Shown: positions 62,287 to 64,000 of the stretch, in pieces
How positions within the stretch are numbered: position 1 is the stretch's first letter
How the letters are laid out: every line of letters starts with the position of its first letter
DNA from: Andalucia godoyi And28
Lineage: Eukaryota; Protista; Jakobida
DNA: 64,000 nt
Assembly: GCA_009859145.1 (NCBI GenBank)
Contig: VRVR01000046.1
Coordinates: forward strand, 184,064 to 248,063
Direction of reading: 5' to 3'
Notes under the pieces: generated by a model
What the model saw: the letters and a program-made list of their open reading frames with translations, nothing else
Database searches by the model: none
What the model was told of the DNA's origin: nothing
Program-made: the position numbers and the translations under genes

Positions 62287-63912
62287 CTAGTACAGGTATC
62301 CAACCGTGTCCCAGAAGTTGCAATCTTCATGCTTGACGTTCTGTGCGGACTTCGGATTCGTGTTGAGAATCATGAGCATGTCGCTCTGCTCGTCCCACTG
62401 GGGCCACTGGGTACCTTTCCACGACCCGGGCTGTCCCGAGGCAACGTGGTTGAGCCAGAAGGTCTGCATGGCGTCCACCAAGACAAGCTCGGCGTCCGAA
62501 AAAGAGTAGCCACCCACATTCGGAGTGTCAAAGATGTACGCAAGCTCCACGCCGTGGCACACATGTCCCTCGCAGAACGGGAAGTTGGGGCCCCACGCAC
62601 CCTTGAACGACAGTGCCTGCGCGAACTCGTACATGTAGATCTTGTTTCCAGCCTTTGCCAGCTGCGCTGCTGCATTTCTAGACGGGCAGGCGAACATGTA
62701 GTTTGTGCAAAGCGTCACGAGCCAGTCACGCGTGTCCCTGTCTTCTGTTGACGGAATCGGATAATTCTTCAGAATGCGGCCAGTCTGCACAACACCAAAC
62801 AAGTCCACAAGAAACGCCTCCGCCTCGATCTTGCTCACGTTGAATGTTGCCCCTTCGAAAATAAACATTGTTCCCTCGTCTGCGTTCGTCCCAATAAGGA
62901 CAGGCACCGACGAGTCCACGGGACCCTTGGTCTGCAACACGGCGAGCGGCTGTCCCGGGACGTTATCCGTTCCATCAATCGACGGCGAGAATGCATACAC
63001 TGTTCGCAGGGTGTGGACAACGGGGATCTCCGGGGCGCATTTTCCTTGGTACTCGACAAACATGGTGGTGTTCACCTTTCGCATGCACTCAATGTCTGCC
63101 GGCTTGCACCCCACGTGCTTGGCGAGTCTGTCTGCATACTCGAAGTTCTCGGAAACCGTCTTGAGCGGCAGTGCAAACGGATTCGACTCGATGATCACCG
63201 CCTGGAAAAGCCCCTTCGACTTTGGAGACGTCAGATGAACAGCAATCGACGTCCCGCCCGCGGACTCGCCTCCGAGTGTAACCCGGCTTGCATCGCCGCC
63301 AAAGCTCTTGATATTCCTCTGGATCCACTTCAGTGCGAATCGCTGATCTTCCAGCCCATAGTTTCCGATCAGGTCTGCCTGACCCTGCGTATCGGACTTT
63401 GACGCCATGAAGCCCAGTGCACCCAACCGATACGCAATCGTCACGACCACGGCCTTGGATCTCGCAGCCAGGTGCGCACCCGAGTAGAACGGAGACGATC
63501 CGCCTCCTTGCAGGAACCTTCCGCCAGGCAAAAATGCATAGACTGGTAAAAGTTGTCCAGAACCATCCGATGGAGGCACAAACACGTTCACAAAGAGACA
63601 ATCCTCGGACTGCACCGTCGGGCACGTCCCCGGCGGCTGGTCGCACGACTGCGGACATCCTGCCCCATAGGACACAGCCTGCCGGACCCCAGACCATGGC
63701 GCAACCGGCTGTGGATTAGCCCACCGAAGAGCATCCACTGGCGGCGCTGCAAACGGGATCCCCAAAAACATGTCACTGCCCGTCGTCGCATCGACCACTC
63801 CTTCCAGCGATCCTGAGTCCACCGTCACGACCGGCCCGCACAGCACTCCGCTTACAAGAAGAAGCGCCACAGCCCCCACAAGCAGCGCTCGTTGCGGCAG
63901 AAAAGCGGTCAT
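62287..63912 (-). CDS. Secreted type-B carboxylesterase (cholinesterase/crystal-protein-like)
   Basis: Signal peptide; FLGIPFAAPP; SEDCLFVNVF; GNYGLEDQ; catalytic GESAGG; GTNADEG (Glu); CHGVELAYIF (His). Confidence 0.96.
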   Translation of the reverse strand: MTAFLPQRALLVGAVALLLVSGVLCGPVVTVDSGSLEGVVDATTGSDMFLGIPFAAPPVDALRWANPQPVAPWSGVRQAVSYGAGCPQSCDQPPGTCPTVQSEDCLFVNVFVPPSDGSGQLLPVYAFLPGGRFLQGGGSSPFYSGAHLAARSKAVVVTIAYRLGALGFMASKSDTQGQADLIGNYGLEDQRFALKWIQRNIKSFGGDASRVTLGGESAGGTSIAVHLTSPKSKGLFQAVIIESNPFALPLKTVSENFEYADRLAKHVGCKPADIECMRKVNTTMFVEYQGKCAPEIPVVHTLRTVYAFSPSIDGTDNVPGQPLAVLQTKGPVDSSVPVLIGTNADEGTMFIFEGATFNVSKIEAEAFLVDLFGVVQTGRILKNYPIPSTEDRDTRDWLVTLCTNYMFACPSRNAAAQLAKAGNKIYMYEFAQALSFKGAWGPNFPFCEGHVCHGVELAYIFDTPNVGGYSFSDAELVLVDAMQTFWLNHVASGQPGSWKGTQWPQWDEQSDMLMILNTNPKSAQNVKHEDCNFWDTVGYLY

Positions 63913-64000
63913 TGCTCTTGTAAAATGAAAATAATACTTGCTAATGATACGACTTGATTAATTCAGACACCAAAAAACCCAATAAGAACAAAAACAGAAA

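Overview
Gene-dense, intron-poor eukaryotic nuclear DNA using the standard code (TAA, TAG and TGA all serve as stops), with AT-rich, microsatellite-laden intergenic spacers. I resolve 34 protein genes in 64 kb and only 3 spliceosomal introns, all starting GTATG. Gene content includes complex I NDUFC2, mitochondrial IMP1, COMMD5, PRL, a PG-repeat flagellar-type protein and a secreted carboxylesterase. This suggests a free-living aerobic flagellate protist; the architecture is compatible with a jakobid such as Andalucia, but that is inference only. Most genes are housekeeping (ELF1, eIF4B, SPT5, UBC4, GID8, NUP85, COG1, PNKP, RAD50, pyruvate kinase, PI4KB). No prokaryotic operon, CRISPR array, tRNA, rRNA or transposon was recognised. 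Most interesting signals: (1) two paralogous TALE homeobox genes with a MEINOX-like N-terminal motif, convergently arranged about 2.9 kb apart; (2) an otherwise intact M1 aminopeptidase broken by one frameshift in the catalytic Tyr motif; (3) several GC-balanced intergenic islands that fold like unannotated ncRNAs, one a clear pseudoknot plus terminal hairpin and T7 run; (4) a winged-helix plus non-canonical nucleotidyltransferase fusion, a pseudokinase, a RADIALIS/DIVARICATA-like single SANT protein, a bacterial-type GNAT and a fungal-type AUR1; (5) strand-polarised (GA)n tracts upstream of start codons. All family calls come from motif recognition by eye; no database search was run.
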